Of a stretch of DNA of 64,000 nt, positions 1-9,380 are shown piece by piece. The translations under genes were made by a program, and so were the position numbers. Source of the stretch: Longimicrobiales bacterium (lineage in GTDB: Bacteria; Gemmatimonadota; Gemmatimonadetes; Longimicrobiales; Gaopeijiaceae); the NCBI GenBank assembly GCA_965249725.1, contig OZ252251.1:224001-288000 (forward strand), in the 5' to 3' direction. A model generated the notes under the pieces. The model ran no database searches. It was not told the DNA's origin and saw only the letters and a list, made by a program, of their open reading frames with translations. The first letter of the stretch is position 1. Every line of letters starts with the position of its first letter.

Positions 1-2
1 AG

Positions 3-953
3 GTGGCGTTGGCGGCAGCCGTCCCGGCCGCCCTCTACTACGTGGCCCTCCTAATGGCCATCCACTTCCGCGCCGGCAAGATGGGGCTCGAACCGTCCGG
101 GGGCGTCGGAGCGGAGCCGGTGTTGTCGCGCATCCACCTTCTGACGCCGCTCGTGGTCATCATCGCGGTACTGGTGCTTGGACGCTCTCCCATGCGGGCT
201 GCGTTCTGGGGTGTCGTGTCGGCCTGGGCGGTGACGTGGCTCCGAAGAGACACCCGCCTCGGAACGGAGCCGTTGAAGAGAGCGCTGGAGTCGGGTGCGA
301 GAGGGTCCGTGCAGGTGGCTGTGGCCTGCGCCGCCGCGGGCATCGTGGTCGGCGTGGCTTCGCTCACGGGCATCGGCCTGCGTATGTCGGAGCTGATCGT
401 CACCCTCTCGAGGGGGAACCTACTCGGTGCCTTGGGACTCACTGCCGTCGGCTCGATCGTGCTGGGCATGGGTCTTCCGACGACCGCGGCATATGTCGTC
501 CTGGCCGCGCTCGGGGCACCGGCTCTGACTCAACTCGGCGTCCCGCTCTTGTCGGCCCACCTCTTCATCTTCTACTTCGGCTGTATCTCGAACGTCACGC
601 CGCCCGTTTTCCTCGCGGCATACGCCGCAGCGGGCATCGCCGATGCACCCGCCATGAAGACGGCGGTCACGGCCATGCTCCTCGCGGGGGCGGGGTTCAT
701 CGTGCCGTTCATGTTCGTGTACGTGCCGGAGCTCCTTCTCGAAGGCACGTGGTGGGCGATCGCCCAGGCGTTCGTCACGGCCACAGCCGGAGTGACGGCT
801 CTCGCCGCGGCGGGAGTGGGTTTCGGACGCCGAGATCTGGTCCTCTGGGAGAGGATCGTTCTCGGCGTAGCCGCGTTTGCCCTCATGATGCCGGGGCTGG
901 CCAGCGACGGGGTTGGGGTGCTGGCTCTGGCCGTTATCCTCTCGAGGAAGTAG
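3..953 (+). CDS. TRAP transporter fused permease (TAXI-associated), 5' partial
   Basis: Hydrophobic multi-TM ORF with LGMGLPTTAAY and SNVTPPV motifs of DctM-like fused permeases; next to a TAXI binding protein; runs off the window start. Confidence 0.9.
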   Translation: MALAAAVPAALYYVALLMAIHFRAGKMGLEPSGGVGAEPVLSRIHLLTPLVVIIAVLVLGRSPMRAAFWGVVSAWAVTWLRRDTRLGTEPLKRALESGARGSVQVAVACAAAGIVVGVASLTGIGLRMSELIVTLSRGNLLGALGLTAVGSIVLGMGLPTTAAYVVLAALGAPALTQLGVPLLSAHLFIFYFGCISNVTPPVFLAAYAAAGIADAPAMKTAVTAMLLAGAGFIVPFMFVYVPELLLEGTWWAIAQAFVTATAGVTALAAAGVGFGRRDLVLWERIVLGVAAFALMMPGLASDGVGVLALAVILSRK

Positions 954-1013
954 CTATTGTCCCGTTACCATGGGGACAACGGGACTACAGATCTGGGGGA
1001 CAGTATCGAGTCG

Positions 1014-1976
1014 ATGAAGCGCATTATGAGCGGAAGCCCGGCCCGTGGCATGCTGTTCGGCACTCTGGTCCTGCTCGGGGTGGCGTGCGGAGGCGAGGGC
1101 GCCGGCGCACGCCGGTTCTTGAGCATCGGAACGGCAGGAACGGGGGGCATCTACTATCCGCTCGGGGGGGCCATGGCCAGCCTCATGTCGCTCGCGGACT
1201 CGACCCGGACGTACACCGCCGAGGTCACCGGCGGAGCGGTGGAGAATATCAACCGGATCCGGGCGGGACAGATCGATCTCGCGTTCTCAACCGCCAATTC
1301 GATCTACGAAGCGTACTTCGGCAGCCCGGACTTCGGCGACCCCATGGAGGACCTGCGGATCGTTGCGCCGCTCTACCCGAACTTCACGCACATTCTCGTC
1401 TCCGCCGATTCCGAGGCACGATCGGTCGAGGACTTCAGGGGCCTCAAGGTCTCGGTGGGTGCGCCGGGAAGCGGAACGGAGCAGATGTCGCGGCGGGTCC
1501 TCGAGGTACACGGCCTGACCTACGACGACGTGGACGTACGGTACCTGACCTTCAACGAGTCCGCCGGGGCGCTGAAGGACCGCGCGATCGATGCCGCGAT
1601 CATCAGCGTGGGGTATCCCGCCGCGGCCATTCTCGAGGCGACCACCACAGGTGGGGTACGCCTGCTTCCGATGGCCGGCGACCGCATTCAGGAGCTCATG
1701 GATCTCTATCCGTACTTCGCTGCGGGCGAGATTCCCGCTGGTGTATATCCCGGTGTGGACGAGACCCTCCAGACGGCGGTGCTGCTCAATTGGGTCGTCG
1801 CACCCGAGAGGCTGGCGAACGACGTCGTGATGAGCGTGCTGCACGTTCTGACCGAGGAGCGCGACGCCATCGAGCGAGTCCATAACATGGCCCGCCAGAT
1901 CGATCTCGACTTCCTGCAGAATCCCCCCATTCCCCTACATCGGGGCACGGAGCAATGGTGGATCGAGGGGCGCTGA
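1014..1976 (+). CDS. TAXI family TRAP solute-binding lipoprotein
   Basis: SIGTAGTGGIYYPLG, TGGAVEN, GAPGSGTE and C-terminal PLHRG motifs; lipobox-like LGVAC. Start uncertain (957/1014/later). Confidence 0.9.
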   Translation: MKRIMSGSPARGMLFGTLVLLGVACGGEGAGARRFLSIGTAGTGGIYYPLGGAMASLMSLADSTRTYTAEVTGGAVENINRIRAGQIDLAFSTANSIYEAYFGSPDFGDPMEDLRIVAPLYPNFTHILVSADSEARSVEDFRGLKVSVGAPGSGTEQMSRRVLEVHGLTYDDVDVRYLTFNESAGALKDRAIDAAIISVGYPAAAILEATTTGGVRLLPMAGDRIQELMDLYPYFAAGEIPAGVYPGVDETLQTAVLLNWVVAPERLANDVVMSVLHVLTEERDAIERVHNMARQIDLDFLQNPPIPLHRGTEQWWIEGR

Positions 1977-3124
1977 GCTGTCAGAGGGAGGCCTTCAGCC
2001 TTCCCGACGGGTCCCACTACCTCAACTGCGCTTACTTCGGCCCGCTGCCGAAGGTCACGGAAGAGGCCGGGATCACCGGAGTCCGTCAGAAGCGGGCCCC
2101 CATGCTGGTGCATCCTCCCGACTTCTTCACGAACAGTGATCGAGTGCGCGAACTCTTCGCTCGTTTGGTCCACGCGTCCGATCCAAACTCGATCGCGATC
2201 ATCCCCTCGGCCTCGTACGGCGTTGCGGTAGCGGCTCGCAACATCCCTGTGGAGCGGGGGCAGAACATCGTCCTGCTGGATGAGGCATTCCCCGGCAACG
2301 TCTATGCTTGGCGGCGGAAAGCCGAGGAGGCGGGGGCCCACATCCGGACCATCGCTCCACCCGACACGGCATGTCGCGGGGCCGCGTGGAACGAGCGCCT
2401 GCTCGATGCGATCGACGCGGACACCGCCGTGGTCACGGCGCCTCACGTGCACTGGACCGACGGCACCGTCTTCGATCTCGTGGCGATCGGTGCCCGTGCG
2501 AGGGAGGTGGGCGCCGCCCTCATCGTAGACGGCACGCAGTCGGTGGGGGCCATGCCCTTCGATGTGCAGGAGGTTCAACCGGACGCCCTCATCGTCGCCG
2601 CGTATAAGTGGCTTCTCGGACCCTATTCGACCGGGGCGGCCTACTTCGGCCCACGCTTCGAGGGCGGAGTCCCCCTCGAAGAGACCTGGATCGGTCGCGA
2701 ACGGAGTGACGACTTCCAACACCTGGTGGAGTACGAGTCGACGTATCAGCCGGGTGCCATCCGCTACGACGTCGGGGAGAGATCTAACTTCATTCTCGTC
2801 CCCATGCTGGTCGCGTCCCTGGGCCTGGTCCTGGAGTGGACCCCGGCCGGGGTGCAGGACTACTGCCGGCGTCTCAGCGAACCACTCATCCGCGAATCGA
2901 TGGCCCTCGGGTTCTCGCTTGAGGAAGACGCGTGGCGGGGGGAGCACCTCTTCGGCATGCGCATGCCCGAGGGACTCGAGCTGGCCGCCCTCGAGGCGGA
3001 GCTGGAGGCTCGCAACATCTTCGTATCGCTGAGGGGGAGCGCACTGAGGGTGTCGCCTCACCTGTACAACGACGAGGACGACGTGGGGGCTCTCATCGAC
3101 GCACTGAAGGCGGCGGTCGCCTAA
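1955..3124 (+). CDS. PLP-dependent class V aminotransferase (cysteine desulfurase-like fold)
   Basis: YLNCAYFGP, VDGTQSVG, AAYKWLLGP (PLP lysine) and LRVSPHLYN motifs. Confidence 0.85.
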   Translation: MVDRGALSCQREAFSLPDGSHYLNCAYFGPLPKVTEEAGITGVRQKRAPMLVHPPDFFTNSDRVRELFARLVHASDPNSIAIIPSASYGVAVAARNIPVERGQNIVLLDEAFPGNVYAWRRKAEEAGAHIRTIAPPDTACRGAAWNERLLDAIDADTAVVTAPHVHWTDGTVFDLVAIGARAREVGAALIVDGTQSVGAMPFDVQEVQPDALIVAAYKWLLGPYSTGAAYFGPRFEGGVPLEETWIGRERSDDFQHLVEYESTYQPGAIRYDVGERSNFILVPMLVASLGLVLEWTPAGVQDYCRRLSEPLIRESMALGFSLEEDAWRGEHLFGMRMPEGLELAALEAELEARNIFVSLRGSALRVSPHLYNDEDDVGALIDALKAAVA

Positions 3125-3164
3125 AGGCCCTGTCGCTTGGACGAGGCGGCAGCCTAGCGGCCGC

Positions 3165-3634
3165 TTAGTTGACCCTCACGCCGGGCGGATCGAAGACCAC
3201 TTTCGCCTGGGCTCCCACACCGATGCCCTTCTCGGCGAACCAACCCTTCCGCACCTCGAGAGCGAACATCGCGGGGGCGGCGCTGCCGTGGAGATCCTCG
3301 GCCTGGGCCTCCATCTGCTGGATATCGACGATGCGGAAGTTCACGTCCAGGTAGGCGATGTCCAGCGCGATGTAGGTGTCCTTCATCCAGAATGAGCGAG
3401 GCGCCTCGCTCTCGAAGACGAAGAGCATGCCGGTGCCGTCCGGGACGGCGTCTCGGAACTGCAGTCCTCCGGCGCGCTCGGAGGGTGTGTCCATCACCTC
3501 GGCCAGAACCGTGTCGGCTCCGAAGACGATGACGGCCACGTCCGGCCGTGCCTCGAAGGCTCCGGGTGACAGGGTCGGCGATGTCGGGAGGATCCCCCAA
3601 GCCGCCGCCCCGCAGATGATCGCGAATGCCCTCA
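3165..3634 (-). CDS. DUF192 domain protein
   Basis: GLQFR..GMLFVF..FWMKDTYIALDIAY..ALEV signature; start placed at MRAFAII (signal-like N-terminus). Confidence 0.85.
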
Positions 3635-3749
3635 TTTCACTCCAATGAATGAGACTCCCCAAGCAAGGCCAATAATGGTAGGTTTTCGGACTGCATACCA
3701 ACCCGCTGAGCGGTCGCATTCAATACCGGTGCTCAACAAAGGCGTTCCA

Positions 3750-4007
3750 ATGGTCGATCCTGCGCTGCTGGAGATTCTGGTCTGCCCGGAAACGCGCCAA
3801 CCAGTGCGCCCCGCGGAGGCCGGCCTTCTGGAACGGCTCAACGAGGCCATTGGGGCCGGTGATGTGACCAACCGGGGCGGAGATGCAGTCGAAGATCCGG
3901 TAAACGAGGGCTTGATCCGAGAGGACGGGAAAGTGCTGTATCCGGTCCGTGAAGACATTCCGATCATGCTCATCGACGAAGCGATCGAGGTCGATCACTT
4001 GGGTTGA
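3750..4007 (+). CDS. Trm112-like protein
   Basis: LLEILVCPET...YPVREDIPIML..EA pattern. Confidence 0.85.
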   Translation: MVDPALLEILVCPETRQPVRPAEAGLLERLNEAIGAGDVTNRGGDAVEDPVNEGLIREDGKVLYPVREDIPIMLIDEAIEVDHLG

Positions 4008-4057
4008 CGCTCTACCGCACGACGAAAACTGAGTACGAGCTAGCTAAGACTATACAT

Positions 4058-5209
4058 ATGAAGGTCCAAACATCGGCGCTGCGGGGGCTGCGGGCTACCT
4101 TGTTCAGCCCTAGGGCCGGGTATGCGCTCGGCCTGATCGCACTGGTTCTGGTTGCCGCCTGCCAAGGCGAGTACCCCCAGAACAGCCTCGACCCGAAGAC
4201 GGACTTCGCGGAGACGATCCACTCGCTTTATGTGAACGTCTTCTGGTGGACCATGGTCATTCTGGCGGTGGTCTGGTCGGTGCTCGCGTACATCGTGATC
4301 CGGTTCCGCGAGAACCCCGACCGGCCTGCTCCCAGGCAGATCCACGGCCATCTCGGCATGGAGATCGCCTGGACCATCGGCCCGGCCATTATCGTCGTGG
4401 CCATCGCGATCCCCACCATTCAGGCTGTCTTCCGGACCCAGACGCCGCCGCCCGCCGAAGACAACGCCCTAGTGGTGGAGGTGGTAGGGCATCAGTACTG
4501 GTGGGAGTACCGATATCCGGACCTCGGCGTATCGACCGCGAACGAGCTGCACCTCCCGGTGGGAAGGCCCATTACCCTGAAGATGTGGTCGGTGGACGTC
4601 ATCCACTCCTTCTGGGTGCCACAGCTGGGCGGCAAGCGGGACGTGAACCCGCTCCGCCGGGTCCCCGAGGGGCAGGAAGCCCGATACACCTGGTTGTACT
4701 TCACCATCAACGAAGAGGGCACGTTCCTGGGGCAGTGCGCCGAGTTCTGTGGTGAGGCGCATTCACTCATGCGTACTCGAGTCGTGGCGGAGTCCGAGGC
4801 CGAGTTCGACGATTGGGTCGATACGTGGCAGACGCCCGGACCCACTGCGGCCGCACCCGCGTTGGACCCTGAGACCGGGCAGCCGGCTCCCGCCGAAGAC
4901 CCGCAGATTGCGTTGGGCCGGACCGCTTTCTTCTCCACGACGTGCATCGCTTGTCACGCGGTCCAAGGCACGCCGGCCCAGGGCGTGATCGGGCCGAACC
5001 TGACGCGCCTCGGCGGCCGGAGCACCATCGGTGCGGGGCTTCTCGAGAACACCCGGGCCAATCTCGTGCGCTGGATCGCGACGCCACACGAGGTGAAGCC
5101 CGGGGTCCGTATGCCGGGTGCCCAGGTCGGCGGAGGAGGATTTCCTCCGACCAATCTGTCGGACGAGCAGGTCCAGGCGATCGCCACTTACTTGGGGAGC
5201 CTCCGATGA
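4058..5209 (+). CDS. coxB: Cytochrome c oxidase subunit II with C-terminal cytochrome c (caa3 type)
   Basis: Lipobox LVAAC, two TMs, GHQYWWEY, CuA ligands HSFW...CAEFCGEAHSLM, heme c motif CIACH and distal Met (VRMP). Start 4004 or 4058. Confidence 0.95.
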   Translation: MKVQTSALRGLRATLFSPRAGYALGLIALVLVAACQGEYPQNSLDPKTDFAETIHSLYVNVFWWTMVILAVVWSVLAYIVIRFRENPDRPAPRQIHGHLGMEIAWTIGPAIIVVAIAIPTIQAVFRTQTPPPAEDNALVVEVVGHQYWWEYRYPDLGVSTANELHLPVGRPITLKMWSVDVIHSFWVPQLGGKRDVNPLRRVPEGQEARYTWLYFTINEEGTFLGQCAEFCGEAHSLMRTRVVAESEAEFDDWVDTWQTPGPTAAAPALDPETGQPAPAEDPQIALGRTAFFSTTCIACHAVQGTPAQGVIGPNLTRLGGRSTIGAGLLENTRANLVRWIATPHEVKPGVRMPGAQVGGGGFPPTNLSDEQVQAIATYLGSLR

Positions 5210-7041
5210 GCGGCCACGGCTCGCACGACACGGGTCTGTGGAGTTGGATCACCACCGTCGATCACAAGCGGATCGGCGTCATGTACTTCATAGCCTCTCT
5301 GGTCTTCCTGGTCATCGGCGGCATCGAAGCGTTGATCATCCGGATCCAGCTGTGGGCTCCGGACGGCGACTTCGTCACCGCGGAGACATACAACCAGCTG
5401 TTCACCATGCACGGAACCACCATGATCTTCCTGGTGGCCATGCCCCTCGCTGTGGCGTTCTTCAACTATGTGGTGCCGCTGCAGATCGGAGCCCGGGACG
5501 TCGCTTTTCCACGAATGAACGCTTTGTCGTTCTGGATCTTCCTGCTCGGCGGGATCTTCCTGAACTCGAGCTGGTTGTTCGGGATGGCTCCGAACACCAG
5601 TTGGGTCGGGTATGCCAACCTCACGTCCAGTCAGTTCTCCCCGGGTAACAACGTCGACTTCTGGGTGCTCGGCCTCTCGATTCTGGGTGTGAGCTCGATC
5701 ATGGGTGGTGTGAATTTCATCACCACCATCGTCAACCTCAGGGCGCCGGGCATGAAGCTGATGCGCATGCCGCTCCTGACGTGGATGACGCTGGTCACCA
5801 GCTTCATCATCGTGACGGCCCTGCCGGTCATCGCGGTGGCGCTGATTCTCCTGCTCTTCGATCGGTTCTTCGGGGCGAACTTCTACGTGCCCACCGCGGG
5901 CGGTGATCCGGTTCTCTGGCAGCACCTGTTCTGGCTGTTCGGGCACCCCGAGGTCTACCTGCTGATCCTTCCGTCGTTCGGGATCATCTCCGACGTCATT
6001 CCGACCTTCTCGCGCAAACCGCTGTTCGGCTATCCCGTGGTCGTGTACGCCGGAATCCTGATCGGATTCATCGGCTGGGGCGTGTGGAGCCATCACATGT
6101 TCACGACGGGTCTCGGCCCCATCGCCGACGCCTTCTTCGTCGCCTCCACCATGATCATCGCAATCCCCACCGGCGTGAAGATCTTCAATTGGCTCGCGAC
6201 CATGTGGGGCGGTCAGATCCGATTTACGACCCCGATGCTCTATTGCATCGGTCTCATCGCCATATTCACGTTGGGTGGGTTGAGCGGGATCATGCACGCC
6301 TCGGCCCCTGTCGACCTGCAGCAGCACGATACCTACTTCGTGGTCGCGCACTTCCACTACGTGGTGGCCGGTGGAGTGCTGGCGGGCATGTTCGCGGGGA
6401 TCCACTACTGGTTCCCCAAGGTGACCGGACGGATGATGAGCGTCGCCTTGGGCAGGTTGAGCTTCTGGACCTACTTCATCGGGTTCAACCTCACGTTCTT
6501 CCCGATGCACATGAGCGGCATGTACGGCATGCCTCGCCGCACCTGGACCTACGCGGCCGAGCTCAACATTCAGGGGTTCAATCAGCTCTCCACCATCGGA
6601 GCGTTCGTGTTCGCGTTCAGCGCCCTGGTCATGGTCTGGAACATCGTCTGGAGCGCCCTCAGGGGAGCCGAGGCTGGGCCGAACCCGTGGGGGGCCTCGA
6701 CGCTGGAGTGGGCCATTCCGTCGCCGCCGCACCACTACAACTTCCCGGTGCTCCCGACCATCCGGAGCAGGGAGCCGCTGTGGCACGACGGGGAGAGGGA
6801 AGAGCTAGAGGCAGCCGTCAATGTGATCCCCGATGTCGAACCGCTCATGCCGAACGGGTCCTACTGGCCCATCCTGACGGCTCTGGGCGTGGCGGGTACT
6901 TGGGGATTGCTGCTGACCGATATCTGGTGGACCCCGTTGCTCGGGTTGGCCTACACCATGTTCTGTGTTTTCAAATGGGCGTTCGAAGATCCGTTCGCAT
7001 CGCCGGACGCGCCAACAAGGGATGATTCGATAGATGGCTGA
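5206..7041 (+). CDS. coxA: Cytochrome c oxidase subunit I (family A1)
   Basis: TVDHKRIG, FTMHG, WLFGHPEVY, WSHHMF, HDTYFVVAHFHY; ATGA overlap with coxB places the start at 5206. Confidence 0.97.
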   Translation: MSGHGSHDTGLWSWITTVDHKRIGVMYFIASLVFLVIGGIEALIIRIQLWAPDGDFVTAETYNQLFTMHGTTMIFLVAMPLAVAFFNYVVPLQIGARDVAFPRMNALSFWIFLLGGIFLNSSWLFGMAPNTSWVGYANLTSSQFSPGNNVDFWVLGLSILGVSSIMGGVNFITTIVNLRAPGMKLMRMPLLTWMTLVTSFIIVTALPVIAVALILLLFDRFFGANFYVPTAGGDPVLWQHLFWLFGHPEVYLLILPSFGIISDVIPTFSRKPLFGYPVVVYAGILIGFIGWGVWSHHMFTTGLGPIADAFFVASTMIIAIPTGVKIFNWLATMWGGQIRFTTPMLYCIGLIAIFTLGGLSGIMHASAPVDLQQHDTYFVVAHFHYVVAGGVLAGMFAGIHYWFPKVTGRMMSVALGRLSFWTYFIGFNLTFFPMHMSGMYGMPRRTWTYAAELNIQGFNQLSTIGAFVFAFSALVMVWNIVWSALRGAEAGPNPWGASTLEWAIPSPPHHYNFPVLPTIRSREPLWHDGEREELEAAVNVIPDVEPLMPNGSYWPILTALGVAGTWGLLLTDIWWTPLLGLAYTMFCVFKWAFEDPFASPDAPTRDDSIDG

Positions 7042-7627
7042 GGCGGTTGCCGCACAGGAGCACCACTACACCTCCACCGGCTTGGACAGCTGGAAGGTCG
7101 GCTTCTGGGCGTTCATGGGGTCGGAGTGTCTGTTCTTCGGAACGCTGATCACGACCTACATGGTGTACAAGGGAGCCAGCGTGACCGGCCCCTACCCGGA
7201 AGAGATCCTCAACATCCCGCTCACGAGTATCAGCACATTCGTGCTGCTCATGAGCTCGACGTCCATGGTGTTGGCATTGGACGCCGTGCGGCGGGGCAAC
7301 AAGAGGGCCACCCTCGGCTGGCTCGCCGGTGTGATCGTCCTGGGCTCCATCTTCCTGGGCTTCCAGGTCTACGAGTTCAACCACTTCGTACACGAGGGGC
7401 TTACGATCCAGCAGAACGTGTTCGGGTCGTCGTTCTTCGTGCTGACGGGTTTTCACGGGGCGCACGTCACGGTCGGCGTCATCTGGATGGCGACCCTGTT
7501 CGTACGAGGGCTTCAGGACAAGCTGCCGCCGGCCAAGGCACTCCAGGTCGAAATCGCGGGGCTGTACTGGCACTTCGTCGACATCGTCTGGATCGTGATC
7601 TTCACCCTCATCTACCTCATTCAGTAG
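7034..7627 (+). CDS. coxC: Cytochrome c oxidase subunit III
   Basis: FMGSECLFF, TGFHGAHV, GLYWHFVDIVW motifs. Confidence 0.95.
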   Translation: MAEAVAAQEHHYTSTGLDSWKVGFWAFMGSECLFFGTLITTYMVYKGASVTGPYPEEILNIPLTSISTFVLLMSSTSMVLALDAVRRGNKRATLGWLAGVIVLGSIFLGFQVYEFNHFVHEGLTIQQNVFGSSFFVLTGFHGAHVTVGVIWMATLFVRGLQDKLPPAKALQVEIAGLYWHFVDIVWIVIFTLIYLIQ

Positions 7628-7674
7628 AATGAGCTCAGTAGAATCAGCGGTCTGTTGTGAGCAGAGAGAGAGAC

Positions 7675-8010
7675 ATGAGTAGCGCTGAAGCCACGGCAAA
7701 CACAGAGCACGAAGGCGGACACGCCTCCGCCGGCTTCTACTGGATGATCGCAGGGATCCTCACGGTCATCACGGGAGTCGAGGTGGCCATCTTCTACATC
7801 GAGGCTCTCGCACCCGTTCTGGTTCCGGTCCTACTGGTCCTGTCCACGGTCAAGTTCGCGATGGTCGTCATGTTCTTCATGCACCTGAAGTCAGACAGCA
7901 AGGTCTTCACGGTGCTCTTCCTGGCGGGACTCTCCTTGGCGGTGTTCGTGGTAGTGATGATGATCATCCTCTACCAGTTCCTGCCGCAGTTCGACCTGAT
8001 CGGGGCTTAG
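7675..8010 (+). CDS. Cytochrome c oxidase subunit IV family protein
   Basis: Three TMs with KFAMVVMFFMHLK motif; last gene of the cox operon. Confidence 0.85.
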   Translation: MSSAEATANTEHEGGHASAGFYWMIAGILTVITGVEVAIFYIEALAPVLVPVLLVLSTVKFAMVVMFFMHLKSDSKVFTVLFLAGLSLAVFVVVMMIILYQFLPQFDLIGA

Positions 8011-8017
8011 ACCGCGC

Positions 8018-9295
8018 CTATCTCCCGGTTCCTTGGACGAGGAATCGGTTGGCGAAGAAGAGAACGTAGCCGCCGAGCAACGCGATGAGTGACCACATCA
8101 GGTGACTTCCTTCCGCGGAGACGAGAAGCCAAACGCAGATGAGCAATGCCGTCGCCGCCATGAGGTGGCCGGCCGGCGCACGGTACTGAATCTCTTCCGG
8201 CCTCTTCCGGTGTCGCAGGATCAGCAGCGCGATGCAGCTCATGATGTACTGGCCGATCCTCGCGATCGATGAGAGCACGGCCAGGACGACATACGTATTT
8301 CCGATCGTTAGGGCGTACGTCAGCGCGAAGCTCACCAGAACGGCGACGTGGGGAATATGCGCCTTGGACGACACACGCTTGAATACGGGCGGCAGATGTC
8401 CTTCCAGGGACATCGCATAGAGGTAACGCGGCGTGGCCAATGCGCAGCTCATGTTGACGCCGATGACGGAGAGCAGGATGCCGATGGCGATGAAGCGGCC
8501 GGCAGGGCCCATGAACGACAGAGCCGCGTCGGAAACAGGGCTCTCGGAGAGCGCGGCGTTCGGATAAACCCCGATCAGGACGACGAACACCGACAGAAGT
8601 AGAGCTCCACTCGTCAGGACGACGATGAACAGTGCTCGGGGGATGTTCTGTTTCGGATCCCGAGCCTCCCCGGCGACGACCGTCATCATCTCGAAGCCGA
8701 CCACGGCGAAGAAGATCACGAGCGTGGTTTCGCCGAGCCTCCCGACTCCTTGGGGCGCGAACGGGGTGAACTCCCCTGGGTCGATGTGAAACGCTCCCCA
8801 CCCGAGGAACACGAGCAAGGGGATGACCTTGAGCACCAGTACGACGTCCATCACCCTCGAGTTGGATGCCACATTCCCCAGGTTGAGCGCGAGAAGAAAC
8901 GCCAGGAATCCCGCGATCAGCACGGGTTCGGAGCCGCCCAGGGCCGGGAAGGCGGAGACCGCCGAGGTCGCGAAGATCACGACGAGCGCCGCGTTGGACG
9001 ACACTCTCGCCAGGTAGCCCAGCCACCCAACACCGAACGCGGCTGCGGGACCGAGGGTGGCGTGGGTGTAGAGAATCGGACCACCGGTCTCACTGAACTG
9101 GCTGCTCAACTCCGCGAAGCAGAACACGAGCAGCGCTGCGACCAAGAGGGCGGCCAGCACAGCGAGTACGGAGGCTGGCCCCATGATGGCCATGGCCTCG
9201 CCCGGGAGGAAGAAGATCCCCGAGCCGATCATGATATTGAAGCCGAAGCCAAGAAGTCCGATGAACGTCAGACTTCGTGACAGTCTCTCGCTCAC
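8018..9295 (-). CDS. APC family amino acid permease
   Basis: MIGSGIFFLPG, AELSS...GG, GEARDPK..IPRA motifs; ~12 TMs. Confidence 0.9.
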   Translation of the reverse strand: MSERLSRSLTFIGLLGFGFNIMIGSGIFFLPGEAMAIMGPASVLAVLAALLVAALLVFCFAELSSQFSETGGPILYTHATLGPAAAFGVGWLGYLARVSSNAALVVIFATSAVSAFPALGGSEPVLIAGFLAFLLALNLGNVASNSRVMDVVLVLKVIPLLVFLGWGAFHIDPGEFTPFAPQGVGRLGETTLVIFFAVVGFEMMTVVAGEARDPKQNIPRALFIVVLTSGALLLSVFVVLIGVYPNAALSESPVSDAALSFMGPAGRFIAIGILLSVIGVNMSCALATPRYLYAMSLEGHLPPVFKRVSSKAHIPHVAVLVSFALTYALTIGNTYVVLAVLSSIARIGQYIMSCIALLILRHRKRPEEIQYRAPAGHLMAATALLICVWLLVSAEGSHLMWSLIALLGGYVLFFANRFLVQGTGR

Positions 9296-9380
9296 AGCAC
9301 GCCTCAGCCTCTAGACGTCATGCCAAGATCTGACGGCTCGAGTCCGGTAGAAACAAGCCCCACGCGTGCCTCACTGAGGC

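Noticed and set aside
236..1885. Long alternative-frame ORFs (also 5188-6786, 36397-37827, 45660-46892, 53074-54120)
   Set aside because: Antisense or off-frame shadows of well-supported genes, expected in high-GC DNA.
7621..7644. Short direct duplications (TCAGTAGAAT x2; also GGTGAGGCGCC x2 near 47285-47308)
   Set aside because: Two-copy micro-duplications with no associated element; no support for a function.
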